A DNA stretch of 64,000 nt, taken from assembly GCF_006345805.1 (NCBI RefSeq), contig NC_042998.1, forward strand, positions 54,808,001 to 54,872,000, given 5' to 3'. A model generated the notes under the pieces. That model was not told where the DNA came from and searched no databases. It saw only the letters and a program-made list of their open reading frames with translations. Shown here one piece after another: positions 1 to 12,255 of the stretch; positions within the stretch are counted from its first letter, which is position 1, and each line of letters starts with the position of its first letter. The DNA is from Octopus sinensis. Taxonomy: Eukaryota. The position numbers and the translations under genes are program-made.

Positions 1-1294
1 TTAGTTTCTATAGCTGGATGCCCTTCCTAACACCAACCTCTCTACAGGGTGTACTGGGTGCTTTTTATGTGCACTATATAAAGTGGCTGGTGTGCGCAAG
101 GGCATCCAGCCGTAGAAACCAAGCCAAAAACACACTATGGAATAATAATAATAATAATAACAATAATAATCATTATAATGATAATAATAACAACAACAAC
201 AACAACAATATGAAAAAGAAGAATATTTTCTTTTTGTTTTAATATTTAATTATTTTTTCCCCTTTCTTTTTCATTTCTTTATTACTTTTGGTACCTCTTA
301 GAAATGATAGCTCTCTTTGAAATTCTGGTTTTTAGAATTTACATTATCAACAATTCACTTACATTAACACTTTTTCATTATTTCTAACTGCTTCTCTTCA
401 AGTGTTTCTTACCATTTAGAAAAGAAAATAGTGTGTTTTGCAAGTCTTTCTTTGCAGCTGGAATTCTCAAAAATCTTTATATCAAAACATAATAACTTGC
501 AAACAACTTCAAAAGAATATTAAAGAATATTTGCAAAAAAATATTAGAATGGTTCTTAGTTTTGCAAGTTTTTTTTTTGTTGTTTTTTGGGTTTTTTTGT
601 AATTTTTTTTTTGTTATGTATGCATATGTATGTGTATGCATGCGATTTTTGTTGTTGTTTTTTATTTTTCATAGTTGAATCATAGCAATCACTTTGACCA
701 TCCTCCTCCTCCCCCTCATCCTCATCATCATTATGAATGTGGTTATTATTAGGTTTTTTGTCATTTGATTTACAGATGTTCCCACGTAGTATATTGCTTA
801 CATTCAAAAGCGTCTGTTTTTTTTTTCCCCCTTTTGTATGTGTGTGTATTGTCTATGGGTGTTGTCAAGGTGGGGTGTTGGGGTGTTTATGTGGTAAAGT
901 ATACGCTACTTTGATGATCCTACCATGAAATGAGGGTTATTATCCATTGTAGGAGTTCCACATTGAAGTGTAATTATACTTTATAAAAACAATAGCTCAG
1001 ACTACTAGTCAGATAGCACACAGTTGTACGATGTACATGTATGTATTACACACATACACACACATATGCATACATATCACCACCATCACTGTTTTAATGA
1101 CCACTTCTCCATACTGGCATGGGTCGGACTGGATTTCCAGCAGCCAGATGCCTTTCGTGTTGCCTACTTTCACCTGTCTCCATGGCTTAACGTGTTATTG
1201 GAAATGAAAAACACTGCTTGCTTAACAGTGATGCTCATTTACAACTGTCAAGGAATGTCAAACCAAGGAGACAGTAACACTCACTCACACACAC

Positions 1295-1331
<37 letters not shown>

Positions 1332-1336
1332 GAAGG

Positions 1337-1387
1337 AGCTTCTACAGGACTAGAACTGTTTCATTCAAGAGAAATCATCAGGAAGCT
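1337..1387 (-). ncRNA. Mirror copy of the type I hammerhead motif
   Basis: Exact reverse complement of 1384-1434, created by the palindrome. Confidence 0.65.
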
Positions 1388-1434
1388 TCCTGATGATTTC
1401 TCTTGAATGAAACAGTTCTAGTCCTGTAGAAGCT
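1384..1434 (+). ncRNA. Type I hammerhead ribozyme motif
   Basis: AGCTTC (stem I) - CTGATGA (exact core) - T TTC TCTT GAA T (stem II, U.U at 10.1/11.1) - GAA - ACAG ttctagtc CTGT (stem III) - A (GUA cleavage triplet, cut after 1428) - GAAGCT (stem I partner, 6 bp). Confidence 0.7.
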
Positions 1435-1521
1435 CCTTCTATATAATAAATAAATTAATTTTACTCTGCTATGTATTGAGTACCTTATTTACTGTAGTTA
1501 ACCCCGAATCAACCCGGGACC

Positions 1522-1566
<45 letters not shown>

Positions 1567-1983
1567 TATATATATGTGTGTATATATGTATGTATGTATT
1601 ATATATGTGTATATATGTGTGTCTTTATGTATACACACACAAATATACATAATGGCATAGCACTCAGGTTGTATCTTCCAAATATTGCTTACTAAGCATT
1701 GGCCAACCAGTGCTTATAGAAGACATTTGCTCAAAGAATTGCATAGTTGGACCAAACACCAAATCATGTGGTCACAGAAAGAACCACATAACTAATCATC
1801 CACTCTTGTGTGACCCATGTAAGAAAACTATATTGCTTTTGATGTAGTCTCCAATGCTGGATTTTAGTAAGTTTGAATACATCAGTAAATTGCAGTGCAA
1901 ACTGCCGGGGAAAGATTTTTGTTGATTTTGATGTAACCGTTTTACTATTTTGACACAAGCTGTTTTTGTGTGTTTACAAACAG

Positions 1984-2016
1984 GGGAAATGCACTCAATA
2001 CAAGTGGAAGAGTTCA
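1984..2016 (+). CDS. Candidate 33 nt internal micro-exon (xEMHSIQVEEF) of an unidentified gene
   Basis: Acceptor tttttgtgtgtttacaaacag, donor gttagt, symmetric phase 1-1. Joins in frame (A+AT = Asn) to the exon at 2378. Confidence 0.5.
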
Positions 2017-2377
2017 GTTAGTTACTGGAAGCTAGTCTTTCTCTCTCTCTCATTAGTTACATTTGTGTGTTCATTCAGGCATCTCTTTGAACGATTTCAC
2101 AAATGTGAGCAAACTCATGATTAGGGTGAGCCAGTGGCTTTAAATAAATAAGTATATGTTCGTAACTGTAAGACTTACTGCTGGGTGAATAAATAATAAT
2201 AATAATAATAATAGCTAAATAATTAAATGGGATGTTCTTAATGTCAGTAAGAAATCAAACATGTTCAAATAAGCATAGAACCATTGCAAGAAAATACAGA
2301 AAAAAAAATGCTTTTTATTTTGTTTTTCTCTCTTTCAATTTTGATTTTGATGTTTCTTATTTTCATCCTCCTCCTAG

Positions 2378-2450
2378 ATGCAGTCCTCCAGAAGTTACAA
2401 ATCATAGAAAATGCACAGCTCCACAGCAGCCGAAGCAAAACCAGTAGGTC
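2378..2450 (+). CDS. Candidate 73 nt internal exon (xAVLQKLQIIENAQLHSSRSKTSRS) of an unidentified gene
   Basis: Strong polypyrimidine acceptor tttcttattttcatcctcctcctag, perfect donor gtaagt. Only one of three frames is open (phase 1 in, phase 2 out). Unique non-repeat sequence. Confidence 0.68.
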
Positions 2451-2720
2451 GTAAGTATTATAGTCTTCATTAGTTTTCCTGCCTAGCCACTCTATCAACT
2501 TGTTCATCATCATCATCTTCATTATCATCATCATTTAATGTCCACTTTTGGTCATTATTACAAATGTAATTTTTTCTATGGCTGGATGCCATTCCTGTCG
2601 CCAACCTTTACCTGCCTGTTACCAAGCAAAGTAATATTTCCCATATGTCTTTTCATGGAAGACTGGAAATAGATGATGTCTTACTGTCTAAAAGCAGAAT
2701 GTATTTAGTCTTGTATGCAC

Positions 2721-2928
2721 TTTCTAAATAGGAGTGGCTGTGTGGTAAGTAGCTTGCTTACCAACCACATGGTTCCGGGTTCAGTCCCACTGCATGGCAC
2801 CTTGAGCAAGTGTCTTCTACTATAGCCTTGGGCCAACCAAAGCCTTGTGAATGGATTTGGTAGACAGAAACTGAAAGAAGCCCGTCGTATATCATCATCA
2901 TCGTTTAACATCCGCTTTCCATGCTAGC

Positions 2929-2966
<38 letters not shown>

Positions 2967-3178
2967 ATGTTTGTGTGTCTGTGTTTGTCTCCCCAACATC
3001 GCTTGACAACCGATGCTGGTGTGTTTACATCCCCGTAACTTAGCAGTTCGGCAAAAGAGACCGATAGAATAAGTACTAGGCTTACAAACAATAAGTCCTG
3101 GGGTCGATTTGCTTGACTAAAGGCAGTGCTCGAGCATGGCCACAGTCAAATTGACTGAAATAATAAAAGCGAGAAAGA
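2721..3178 (+). mobile_element. tRNA-headed SINE, family 1 (octopus OK/OR-type like)
   Basis: A-box-like TGGCTGTGTGG, B-box-like GGTTCAGTCCC, body GGCACCTTGAGCAAGTGTCTT, central (TA)/(TG) tract, purine-rich tail. More than 12 copies in the window. Confidence 0.85.
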
Positions 3179-3270
3179 GAAAGAGGATGACAGGATGGTC
3201 ATAGTTGGAATGCTTTTTATCATAAATTTGCTAAACCAGGGTAAATTTTGCTACACTTTGTGTGTGGTGG

Positions 3271-3560
3271 GGGATTTGTCCATCTGCATGAGAGAGACGT
3301 GGTAAGAGATAGTAGCTTGCATATCTGTGTGCACACGTGTGTGGGGATGGAGGTAAAACTGTGTAGCAAGATTTGTCCATCTGTTCATGTGAGAGAAGTG
3401 GGGGAGAGATAGTGGCTTGCATATCTGTATGTGAAAACACATGTGTATGTGTGTGTGTGTGTGTGTGTGTGTATAAAAATTTGTGAGAGGATGTGTCCAG
3501 CTGTGCATGGGAGAGAGGAGGAGAGAGATAGTGGCATGCATATCTGTGCACACACATGTG
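3271..3560. repeat. Three diverged tandem copies of a ~100-130 bp unit
   Basis: Recurrent gatttgtccatctg...gagagatagtggcttgcatatctgt blocks separated by (GT)n. Confidence 0.75.
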
Positions 3561-4039
3561 TGTGTGTGTGTGTGTGCATATATATAAGTGCATACACTGC
3601 ATTTATAAGATATCTGCTATTCGAAGGTCAGTGTCTAATATCAGATTGAGGAGAGTATCATTAAGAGAGAAAGTCTACTCACAGTTGACAAAGCTGATGT
3701 ATTGTGTGATAATAGCTAATCATATTTATTCCTTATAGCGGCACTACCACATCTCCCCTTATTTTCTTATTTGTGGCAAAACAACATCGAATGATATTAG
3801 AATACATCCATCTTGCCCTCGCTCTGACATCAGCTTGTATTCCAGCTTTCCATTATTCTCTTAATGTTTCTTGTATCAAACTGAACCAAACTGTTTTAAT
3901 ACTTAGTGAGCCACTTTGATAGGTTAAGTACTCTCTGATTAGTCTGTCTCTTTATTTCCAATTTTCTTTATCTTATGCTATGATCCTACTGAAATGTTGC
4001 TTCTTTTCACTCTATCTCTTTCTTTATTTCTCTCTCTCT

Positions 4040-4186
4040 CTCTATCTAGCCTTCTATTTATACATCTATCTATATATCTATCTATCTCTCTGTCTATATA
4101 TCTATCTATTTATCTATTTTTCAATATTTATCTTTCGATATCTATCGGTCTCCTTATCAATCTTGCAATATCTATCTATCTATCTG

Positions 4187-4249
<63 letters not shown>

Positions 4250-4254
4250 CTCTC

Positions 4255-4325
<71 letters not shown>

Positions 4326-4346
4326 GTCTATCTATCTGTCTATCTG

Positions 4347-4389
<43 letters not shown>

Positions 4390-4420
4390 GTCTATCAATC
4401 TATCTGTCTATCTATCTATC
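4040..4420. repeat. (TCTA)n/(TCTG)n microsatellite
   Basis: Read directly; explains ORFs 3980..4534 and 3994..4473. Confidence 0.97.
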
Positions 4421-4977
4421 TCCCCCCACCTCTCTCTCTCTGTTTATGTTATATTGCTTGCTTTAAAGATTGATTTGCTCTGTTTTAGCAGAAGTGCTTT
4501 TATATCAGCTTACATCAAGTTGATAGGCCACTGAGTTCATGGTGGCTACTTTTATACTTTAGTTATAGTTACAGTCAACCATTTCATAGTCTAAAGTACA
4601 TCATCAGAAACCAGCTAGTCTTGTTTATGTAAAAGTATCCACAGAGAACACTGTCATCTTCTTCACGCTCTTTTTTCCCTTTTTTTTTTTTCACTCAGTT
4701 GTAAAACTACTTTGGTTCTTTAAGTTATAAGCTACTGTTACAATGTCTTTATGAAAAGATATTATGATGGCTGCCAATGTTATTGTTGTTTAAACCCAAA
4801 ACACTCTTTCGTTGATTTTAATCCCAAAACACCCATTTGTTAAACACTCTAGACATGGCCATCAAGTCTTTATAGGTACTGGTTTGGTTCTAATGTGTAG
4901 CACCTTGAGCAAGTGCGTTCTTCCATAGTCTCAGATCAATCATTATCTTCATCATCATTTTTAACATCATCACAATC

Positions 4978-5395
4978 ATGAAGTAGTGAGTTCAATTCCT
5001 GGGCTGGGCTCTATGTTGTGTTCTTGAGCAAAACACTTTATTTCACGTTGCTCCAGTTCACTTAGCTGTAGAAATGAGTTGCAGTGTCACTGCTGCTAAG
5101 CTGTATTTGCCTTTCCCTTGGATAACATTGGTGGCTTGGAGAAGGGAGGCAGGTATGCATGGGCATCTGCTGGTCTTCCATAAACTACCTTGCCTGAACT
5201 TATACCTCATGATGTGAGGGGTCCTTTACCCTATACCCTAAGTACATATAATAGCATGGAGAGGGGAAGCTGGTATGCACGGGCGATTGTTGGTCTTCCG
5301 CAAACAACCTTGCCCGTACTTGTGCCTCCGAGGGGAACTTTCTTGGTGTAATCCCATTGTCATTCATGACAGAGGAGGGTCTTTACCCTTTACAT
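4978..5395 (+). mobile_element. SINE family 3, degenerate, with duplicated 3' part
   Basis: Body tgttcttgagcaaaacactttatttcacgttgctccag shared with 48148-48400; the ggagaggggaagctggtatgca tail segment occurs twice. Confidence 0.65.
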
Positions 5396-5884
5396 TGAAT
5401 GATATAATATTAGTTGAACTTTGTTCGAAAAATAGAACAAATGGTCATGGCTGGGTTGCCATTGACTATTGATCTTCAAAACCAGAGCTTTCTTGAAGCT
5501 AAACAACACCCAGATGTTTCATAGTATCATTAAACAATTAACTGGTTAAATCCATCTTCTATAAACATTTCACCAGAGTCTTTCCATTTTTACCACTTTG
5601 TTTTTCGTTTTTAGCACAATATTTTTGTTGAAACTGTATTTTCCAGCATGCTAGTCACTAGTGCTAGTCAACGTACTATATAGTGTAAACATGTTGTGTA
5701 AACATTCAAACATCATCACTGTCTTCTTGCTTTATTTGACATGGAATTTTTGGTCCTCCAAAATTATTTTAGTATATGTTGACCTACTGTTTTTGGCTGC
5801 AAATTTTATCCTGAAAGCTTCATCTCACATGCTGGAAAATCTGGTGATTTCAAGTGCTTGAAGTGGATTGTTCTTTCTTATCTT

Positions 5885-5934
<50 letters not shown>

Positions 5935-6256
5935 TCGGATTGAGTGAGAGAATAGCAAACTTTAATATATTTGGTTAAAAAACAATCTGTATATAGTATA
6001 GTGTTGACAGTCCTTTAGCTAGAAATCATTTAACTTTTTTGGTACCTATCCCACCTACCTTTGGTTCAATTTACGAAAAGCTCACTTTTTAAGTATTCAT
6101 ATTTAACCCTTATTCTTTCGGCTGTAAATTTTGGTCTGAAAAATTCAACTTGTATGCTAGAAAATATGGTAGGTGGCTTGTAAAAACACTAGCCATGGAT
6201 GGCCATCTGCATGACCGCTTGATCTGCCAAATCTCCTTTTAGTTACACCCCACTGT

Positions 6257-6484
6257 TTAATCCTTTAGCATTCAAACCAGCCATATCCGGCCAAAACATT
6301 TTACCTGTTTTATATTGAAACTGCCCAGATCTCGCCTCACACCTCAGCCCTACCATGTCATTCTAGAACTAAAAGATCACATCACTGAAATCTCTAAACT
6401 ACAAGATAATGCATGAGTAATTCAAAACAATATAAATAAACAAACATCACATTTGACAGAATAATCTGAACACTAAAAGGTTAA
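6257..6484. mobile_element. TTAA-flanked MITE family A (piggyBac-like)
   Basis: TTAA-(t)cctttagcatt ... actaaaagg-TTAA termini, about 230 bp; homologous copies at 28173, 55864 and 62286. Confidence 0.8.
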
Positions 6485-6881
6485 AATACGATGTGAAGAT
6501 GCCTACCCAAGTGGTTAGAGTGTTGTACTCAAAATTGCAAGATCAGGGTTTCAGTTTCTAGACCAGGTGGTGCACTGGGTTCTTGAACAAAACATTCTGT
6601 TTCACATTACTCCGTGATCACTTGGACAACTGACATATGTCATAATGTGCACCTGTACAGGTAATGTCAATTTAATGGAGGGAGTAAGCTAAACTAATAC
6701 ACTGTACAAACATTTGGTCACTTTAGACAAACTATCTGTGCAGGTTGTTCAGCATGAAATTGCAGAACCATCATCTTTTGCTTACGATAAGAGAGTTCAC
6801 ACCATCATCATCATCACCATCAACATTTTATGTCTTGCTTTCTATGCTGGCATGAGTTAGATGTCTTGACAGGAACTGGAT

Positions 6882-7330
6882 GGCGGTGAGCTGGCAGAAA
6901 CATTAGCATGCCGGGTGAAATACTTAGCGACATTTCATCTGCCGTTATGTTCTGAGTTCAAATTCCACCGAGGTTGACTTTGCCTTTCATCCTTTCGGGG
7001 GTTGATTAAATAAGTACCAGTTACGCACTGGGGTCGATATAATTGACTTAATCTGTTTGTCTGTCCTTGTTTGTCCTCACTGTGCTTAGCCCCTTGTGGG
7101 CAGTAAATAAATAAGAAACGTTAGCACTCCAGGCAAAATGCTTAGCAGTATTTCATTTGTCATTACATTCTGAGTTCAAATTCCACTGAGGTTGACTTTG
7201 CCTTTCATCCTTTCAGGGTCGATAAATTAAGAACCAGTTACGCACTGGGGTTGATGTAATCGATTTAGTCCCTTTGTCTGTCCTTGTTTGTCCCCTTTAT
7301 GTTTAGCCCCTTGTGGGCAATAAAGAAATA
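6882..7330 (+). mobile_element. SINE family 2 (MetaSINE-like) head-to-tail dimer with TSD
   Basis: Head ggcggtgagctggcagaaac, B-box-like GAGTTCAAATTCC, domain GCCTTTCATCCTTTCGGGG..GAT..AAGTACCAG resembling the Meta domain. TSD aggaactgg at 6871-6879 and 7331-7339. Confidence 0.85.
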
Positions 7331-7422
7331 AGGAACTGGCAAGACCAGAGCCACACAAGGCTCCATAATCTGTTTCTACTGCTGAATTCCCTTCCTAACA
7401 TCTACCACTTTACAGAGTGTGC

Positions 7423-7800
7423 TGGGTGTTTTTTACATGACACCATCGCCAGTGCTTCTTACATGGTACCAGTATCAGTGCTTTTTATGTAGCACCAGCA
7501 TCGGTGCTTTTTACATAGAACTAGCCCCAATGCATTTTATGTAGCACCAGTGCTTTCCATGTGGCACCATCACCAGTGCTTTTCATGGAACTAGCACCTG
7601 TGCTTTTTTACGTGGCACCAGTGCCAATGCTTTTTACATAGCACCAGCACCGGTGCTTTTTTATGTGAGACCAGCATCAGCACTTTTTATGCGAAACTAG
7701 CACCAGTACTTTTGATGTGGCACCAGCACCCACACCAATGCTTTTACATTGGTGTGGGTGCTGGTTCCATATAAAAAACACTAGTGTTGGTGCCATGTAA
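7423..7800. repeat. Degenerate 25-33 bp minisatellite derived from the RTE 3'UTR module, ending in an inverted segment
   Basis: About 13 units like gtggcaccagcaccagtgctttttac, similar to the reverse complement of the gtaaaaagcacc / gtggcac motifs of RTE tails. Confidence 0.75.
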
Positions 7801-8259
7801 AAATCACTACTCGTGCGAAGATGTGAAATGCTCCCACTCACAACAGGCTTCCATACAGTTTCCATTTTCCAATTCCACTCATGACACATTGGTCAGCCTT
7901 CAGCCCTCAGCTGTAGTAGTAGAAGACACTCTCCCAAACTGACACGCTATGCAATGGGAACCGAGACCACCTGAATACCAAATGAACTGTATGTTCACAC
8001 TGCCATGCTTGTATCTACAGCTATTATTTATTATATATTTTTTAACACCTTATGTATTATATCATAAGAGCTGTGTTTTATTTCACACAAATAAGCTTCA
8101 CTTACTATGTTATCATATTCCATGCATGCATGCATGCAAATCTCTGTTTCTCTCTGTTGGAATGGAATTCATTTCCTCACCACCACTACCATCAAATGCT
8201 GAAAATGATCGGCTATCATTTCTCAACGATTCTTCAGAAAAGAAGGTGAATAATGGAAA

Positions 8260-8520
8260 ATAATAATAATACTAATGATGATAATAATAACAATAATAAT
8301 AATAATAAATAATTATAATAATAATAATAATAACAATAGTAATAATAATAATAATAATGATGATAATAGTAATGCTAATAGCAATAATAATTTCTTTTAT
8401 TTGCCACCAGGATGACGGATGAGGGAAAACAGTACAAAGAAGGATATAAAGTGTGGGTGGGGATTTATAAAAGAACAGAATAATGAAAAGTGAAAATGAA
8501 AGTGTATATCAATAATAATA

Positions 8521-8560
<40 letters not shown>

Positions 8561-8827
8561 TCATGATGATAATGATTACTTTTATTTGCCACCAGGGTGA
8601 CGAATGAAGGAAAACAATACAAAGGCGGACATAAATGTGATGGGGTGCTTACATGGAATGGAATGATGAAAATTAAAAGTAAAAAATAGAAGTATATATA
8701 TATGTGTATATATATATCAATAATAATAATTATTATTTCTTTGATTGGCCACAAGGGCTAATATAAAGATACATAATAATAATAATGAAAATAATAATAA
8801 TAATGGTAATAAAGGGATAAAATAACA

Positions 8828-8860
<33 letters not shown>
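8260..8860. repeat. (AAT)n/(GAT)n microsatellites interleaved with two to three copies of a ~120 bp unit
   Basis: tttatttgccaccagg.tgacg.atga.ggaaaaca.tacaaag at about 8396 and 8581; partial third copy at about 8735. Confidence 0.75.
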
Positions 8861-9579
8861 AGTATAAGATGAAATACCATGAAACAGCTCAGCAAATGGG
8901 AGAAGAGGAATAGGTGTTCTTTAATTGTGTACTTTATGTCATCTACAGGAAGTCAATAGAATATAGAATGTTTGTTTTCATTTCCTTTTCCATATGAAAG
9001 TATATTTTTAATGGTTTTGTTTTTTATTTTGTATGTTTATGTGTGTTGTTTTTGGTGGGTGGGGTTACGCAATTTTGTAATTTTCCTGTATTTTTTGTAA
9101 GAAAATTCTTGCATTTGGATACTTATTTTCTTCCTATCTCTTTGTCTCTCTCCCTCACATGTTTTTCTTTCTTTTTTTATTTTTTTCAATATTTTCTTTT
9201 TTTTCTTCTATCACTTTCCTTTAATTCTTATGATAATGCAGTATGTGTATGTGTGTATACATATGTTGTGTGTGTGTGTGTGTGTGTATTTATGCACATA
9301 CAAACATGCACATATATAATGTACATATATCTATCTTATAGCCATACATTTCTAAGTAAAGCTCAAGGTCATTACACATCATATGTAATATAATGAAAAT
9401 CTTTAGCAGAGTGAATTAATTTTCCTTTCCAAACACACATGTTTATGTGTGTGTGTATATGTGTGTGTAAATTTATATAATCAATACATACAACTAAAGG
9501 GAAATTCCTGCCTAATGCGGATGGAAATTCTCAAGATACAAAGGAGTATGTGTGTGTGTGTGTGTTGTATGTATGTATG

Positions 9580-9610
<31 letters not shown>

Positions 9611-10074
9611 ATTTATGTGTATGTATATATATATATATATATCTTGTATGTATGTTATAGCATTCATATCAGTTGCTTCTTCTTCACACATGTACATGAA
9701 AATGAAGACCTACATGATCAACAGAATCACATGTGGAAACCTGCAAAAGATACATATTTCTTTGTTATTTTATACGTTTTTATTCAAGCTTTTTTGGGGG
9801 TTTTTTTTTACTGTTTGATTGTATGTTTATGTAAACCATATATTCATGTATACATACATACACGCATACATAAATACATATGTACTTCTTCTATATGTGT
9901 GTTGCTTTCCTGCTTTCAAACCCGCAAATGCAGATAGGAAAAACTGCAAACAAACATGTTTTCCAATAGACGATTTCTTTATACATTCATTATTCATACA
10001 TACAGCATCATGTACCGATATTCACACTTAGCCAAGCATATTTGGGGGCCATCAACAGAATGTGTACTGTCTTC

Positions 10075-10099
10075 AATATTATATATATATTTACATATA

Positions 10100-10147
<48 letters not shown>

Positions 10148-10365
10148 GTATATATATTATGTATATATATATATGTATATATATATGTGTATATATATAT
10201 GTGTATATATATGTGTATATATATATGTGTATATATATATGTGTATATATATGTGTATATGTATGTGTATATGTATATATATATGTATATATGTATATAT
10301 ATGTATAAATATATGTATATATATATGTATATATGTATGTATGTATATATGTATATATGTGTATA

Positions 10366-10415
<50 letters not shown>
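10075..10415. repeat. (TA)n/(TG)n compound microsatellite
   Basis: Read directly; representative of many such tracts (e.g. 25780-26340, 31340-31490, 45630-45805). Confidence 0.97.
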
Positions 10416-10419
<4 letters not shown>

Positions 10420-10681
10420 CCAATTATATCTCCTAGCTTATATCTTCTTTGTGTATGTGTGAGCATGCATAAATTATATTTTATGCTTGTCTATATTCAT
10501 ATGTATCTATGCATTAGTATATGTGTATATGTGGGTTTGTATCTGTATGTGTGTTTGTATGTATCCCTAATATGCATGTATTTGGATATGAATACATATG
10601 TATGTATGTATGTGTGTGCGTGTGCATATATATATACACTCATAGATATGTGCATGTGTTTGTGGATATGAATACATATGA

Positions 10682-10723
<42 letters not shown>

Positions 10724-10982
10724 CATATGAATGTGTGTATATATATTATATATATATATATATATATAACATATTGTCACTGTCATGTACACAAGTGTTT
10801 ATACACACACTCACATGCAGACACATACATGCATTCATCACGTATACAGATGCAGATGTGTGTGTGTGTATAACTTTATACATACATACGTACAGCAAGC
10901 AAGGATTACTGAAGAATAAGAATAAACCAGGAGAAAATTGGAATGGAATCAAAATGGGTACAAAACTGAGAGAGAGAGAGAA

Positions 10983-11014
<32 letters not shown>

Positions 11015-11339
11015 CTGACATGTTATTTGCAGATGACAAGCTTCTTGGCAGATAGCAGAGAATAGGGAGCTGCTGGAATTATGACATTCTGTACTGTTGT
11101 TGGCTTCCAATTAAATTTTTGAGACCTTCAAATGTCGCATTTGACATTGTGCTGCGTGATTCTCTCGTTTTCTGCATGAGTCACAACAGTGTTGGCTGCG
11201 TTGTTGTTGTTGTTATCGTGATGATGATGATGATCATCATTATTATTATTATTATTATCATCAACATTGTTATCATTATCATCATCATCATTATTATCAT
11301 TATTATCTGTATTTAGTTACAGCTCTTCACATTCTAACT

Positions 11340-12090
11340 TACAGATCCTGCTGAGTTCACCTTTACCTTTCATCCTACCAGGGTGTCGATAAAATAACAT
11401 TTTACTAATCAAGCACTTGAATTGATTTGACTAATTCCCCACCCCCACCCCCTGATAAATTTTGAGGTTTTGTTCATTAAGTTAGAAATAATTAAAAACG
11501 GGCAGTAGATTAGAAGAATCAGTAGAGCTTTGAAGAAAATACCTTGCTGTATTTTATTAACAGCTCTTTATATCCTGAGTTCAAATCCTGCTATGGTCAA
11601 TTTCACCTTTCATGCTTTCAAGGTCAATAGAGGGGTCAGTTTATTCAGTTGGTCCCTCAAGAGGCCTTGTTTCTGTGTCAGAAACAATTATAAAGAGCAG
11701 TGATTTAGCTGATTCCCTAGAGAATCAGAAAAAGTGCCTTGTGATATTTCCTTGATTCATTATGTTCCAGGTTCAATTTCACCGTTCATCCTTCCAGGGC
11801 TGATAAAATAAAGTATCAGTTTAGAATTGGTATCAATGAACTTCTCTTTCTCCCCCTCAAAATTGCTGGCATTGTACCTAAACCAGAAACTCTTGTGATT
11901 AAGGCAATGAGTTGGCAAAATCATTAGCACACTGGCAAAATGCTTAGTAACATTTCTTTCAGCTTTACTTTTTGAGTTTAAATTCCATTGAGGTTAACTT
12001 TGCCTTTCTTCCTTTTGGGATCAATAACATAATTCTAGCTGAGCACTGGGGGTTGATGTAATCAACTTAGCCTTGCCTCCAAAAGACAAC
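11340..12090 (+). mobile_element. Cluster of four degenerate family-2 SINE copies
   Basis: Repeated ctgagttcaaat..., acctttcatcc..., gataaaata motifs. Confidence 0.7.
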
Positions 12091-12255
12091 TCACCCACCT
12101 GTTTCACCTGTCCATGACCTTAGAGATTAATTTCCACCACACTAAATCACTACCTACTGCCAAATGCATGGAGCTCATACATTAAGTATCTGCAGTCAAT
12201 AATGTTTATTGTACTAGTAGAGCTTCTACTTCACATTTGAATATATATATATATA

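Larger units (their letters stand above)
1326..1523 (+). mobile_element. Penelope-like retroelement remnant (hammerhead-bearing) with inverted 5' duplication
   Basis: Perfect 120 bp palindrome 1326-1445 centred on AAGCTT. The right arm continues about 80 bp as a tail, and (TA)n flanks both sides. Hammerhead plus fold-back matches the pLTR architecture of Penelope-like elements; the family call is inference. Confidence 0.55.

Noticed and set aside
778-787. 10 nt micro-exon after tttacag
   Set aside because: The donor gtagta is weak and the phase is incompatible with 1984.
1364-1372. TTCAAGAGA, the common shRNA vector loop, inside the palindrome
   Set aside because: It lies in an arm rather than at the loop and is the reverse complement of hammerhead stem-loop II; there is no vector context.
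2721-2800. tRNA genes at SINE heads (also 32500-32570, 48148-48220)
   Set aside because: A/B boxes are present, but I found no complete cloverleaf and each continues into a SINE body.
8161-8245. Peptide-like MEFISSPPLPSNAENDRLSFLNDSSEKK ending at ag|gtgaat
   Set aside because: The polypyrimidine tract ends in TGG rather than AG; it remains possible only as a first exon, with no support.
9714-9740. Minus-strand 27 nt micro-exon (VSTCDSVDH) with ttttgcag and gtaggt
   Set aside because: It is too short to distinguish from chance and has no linked partner exon.
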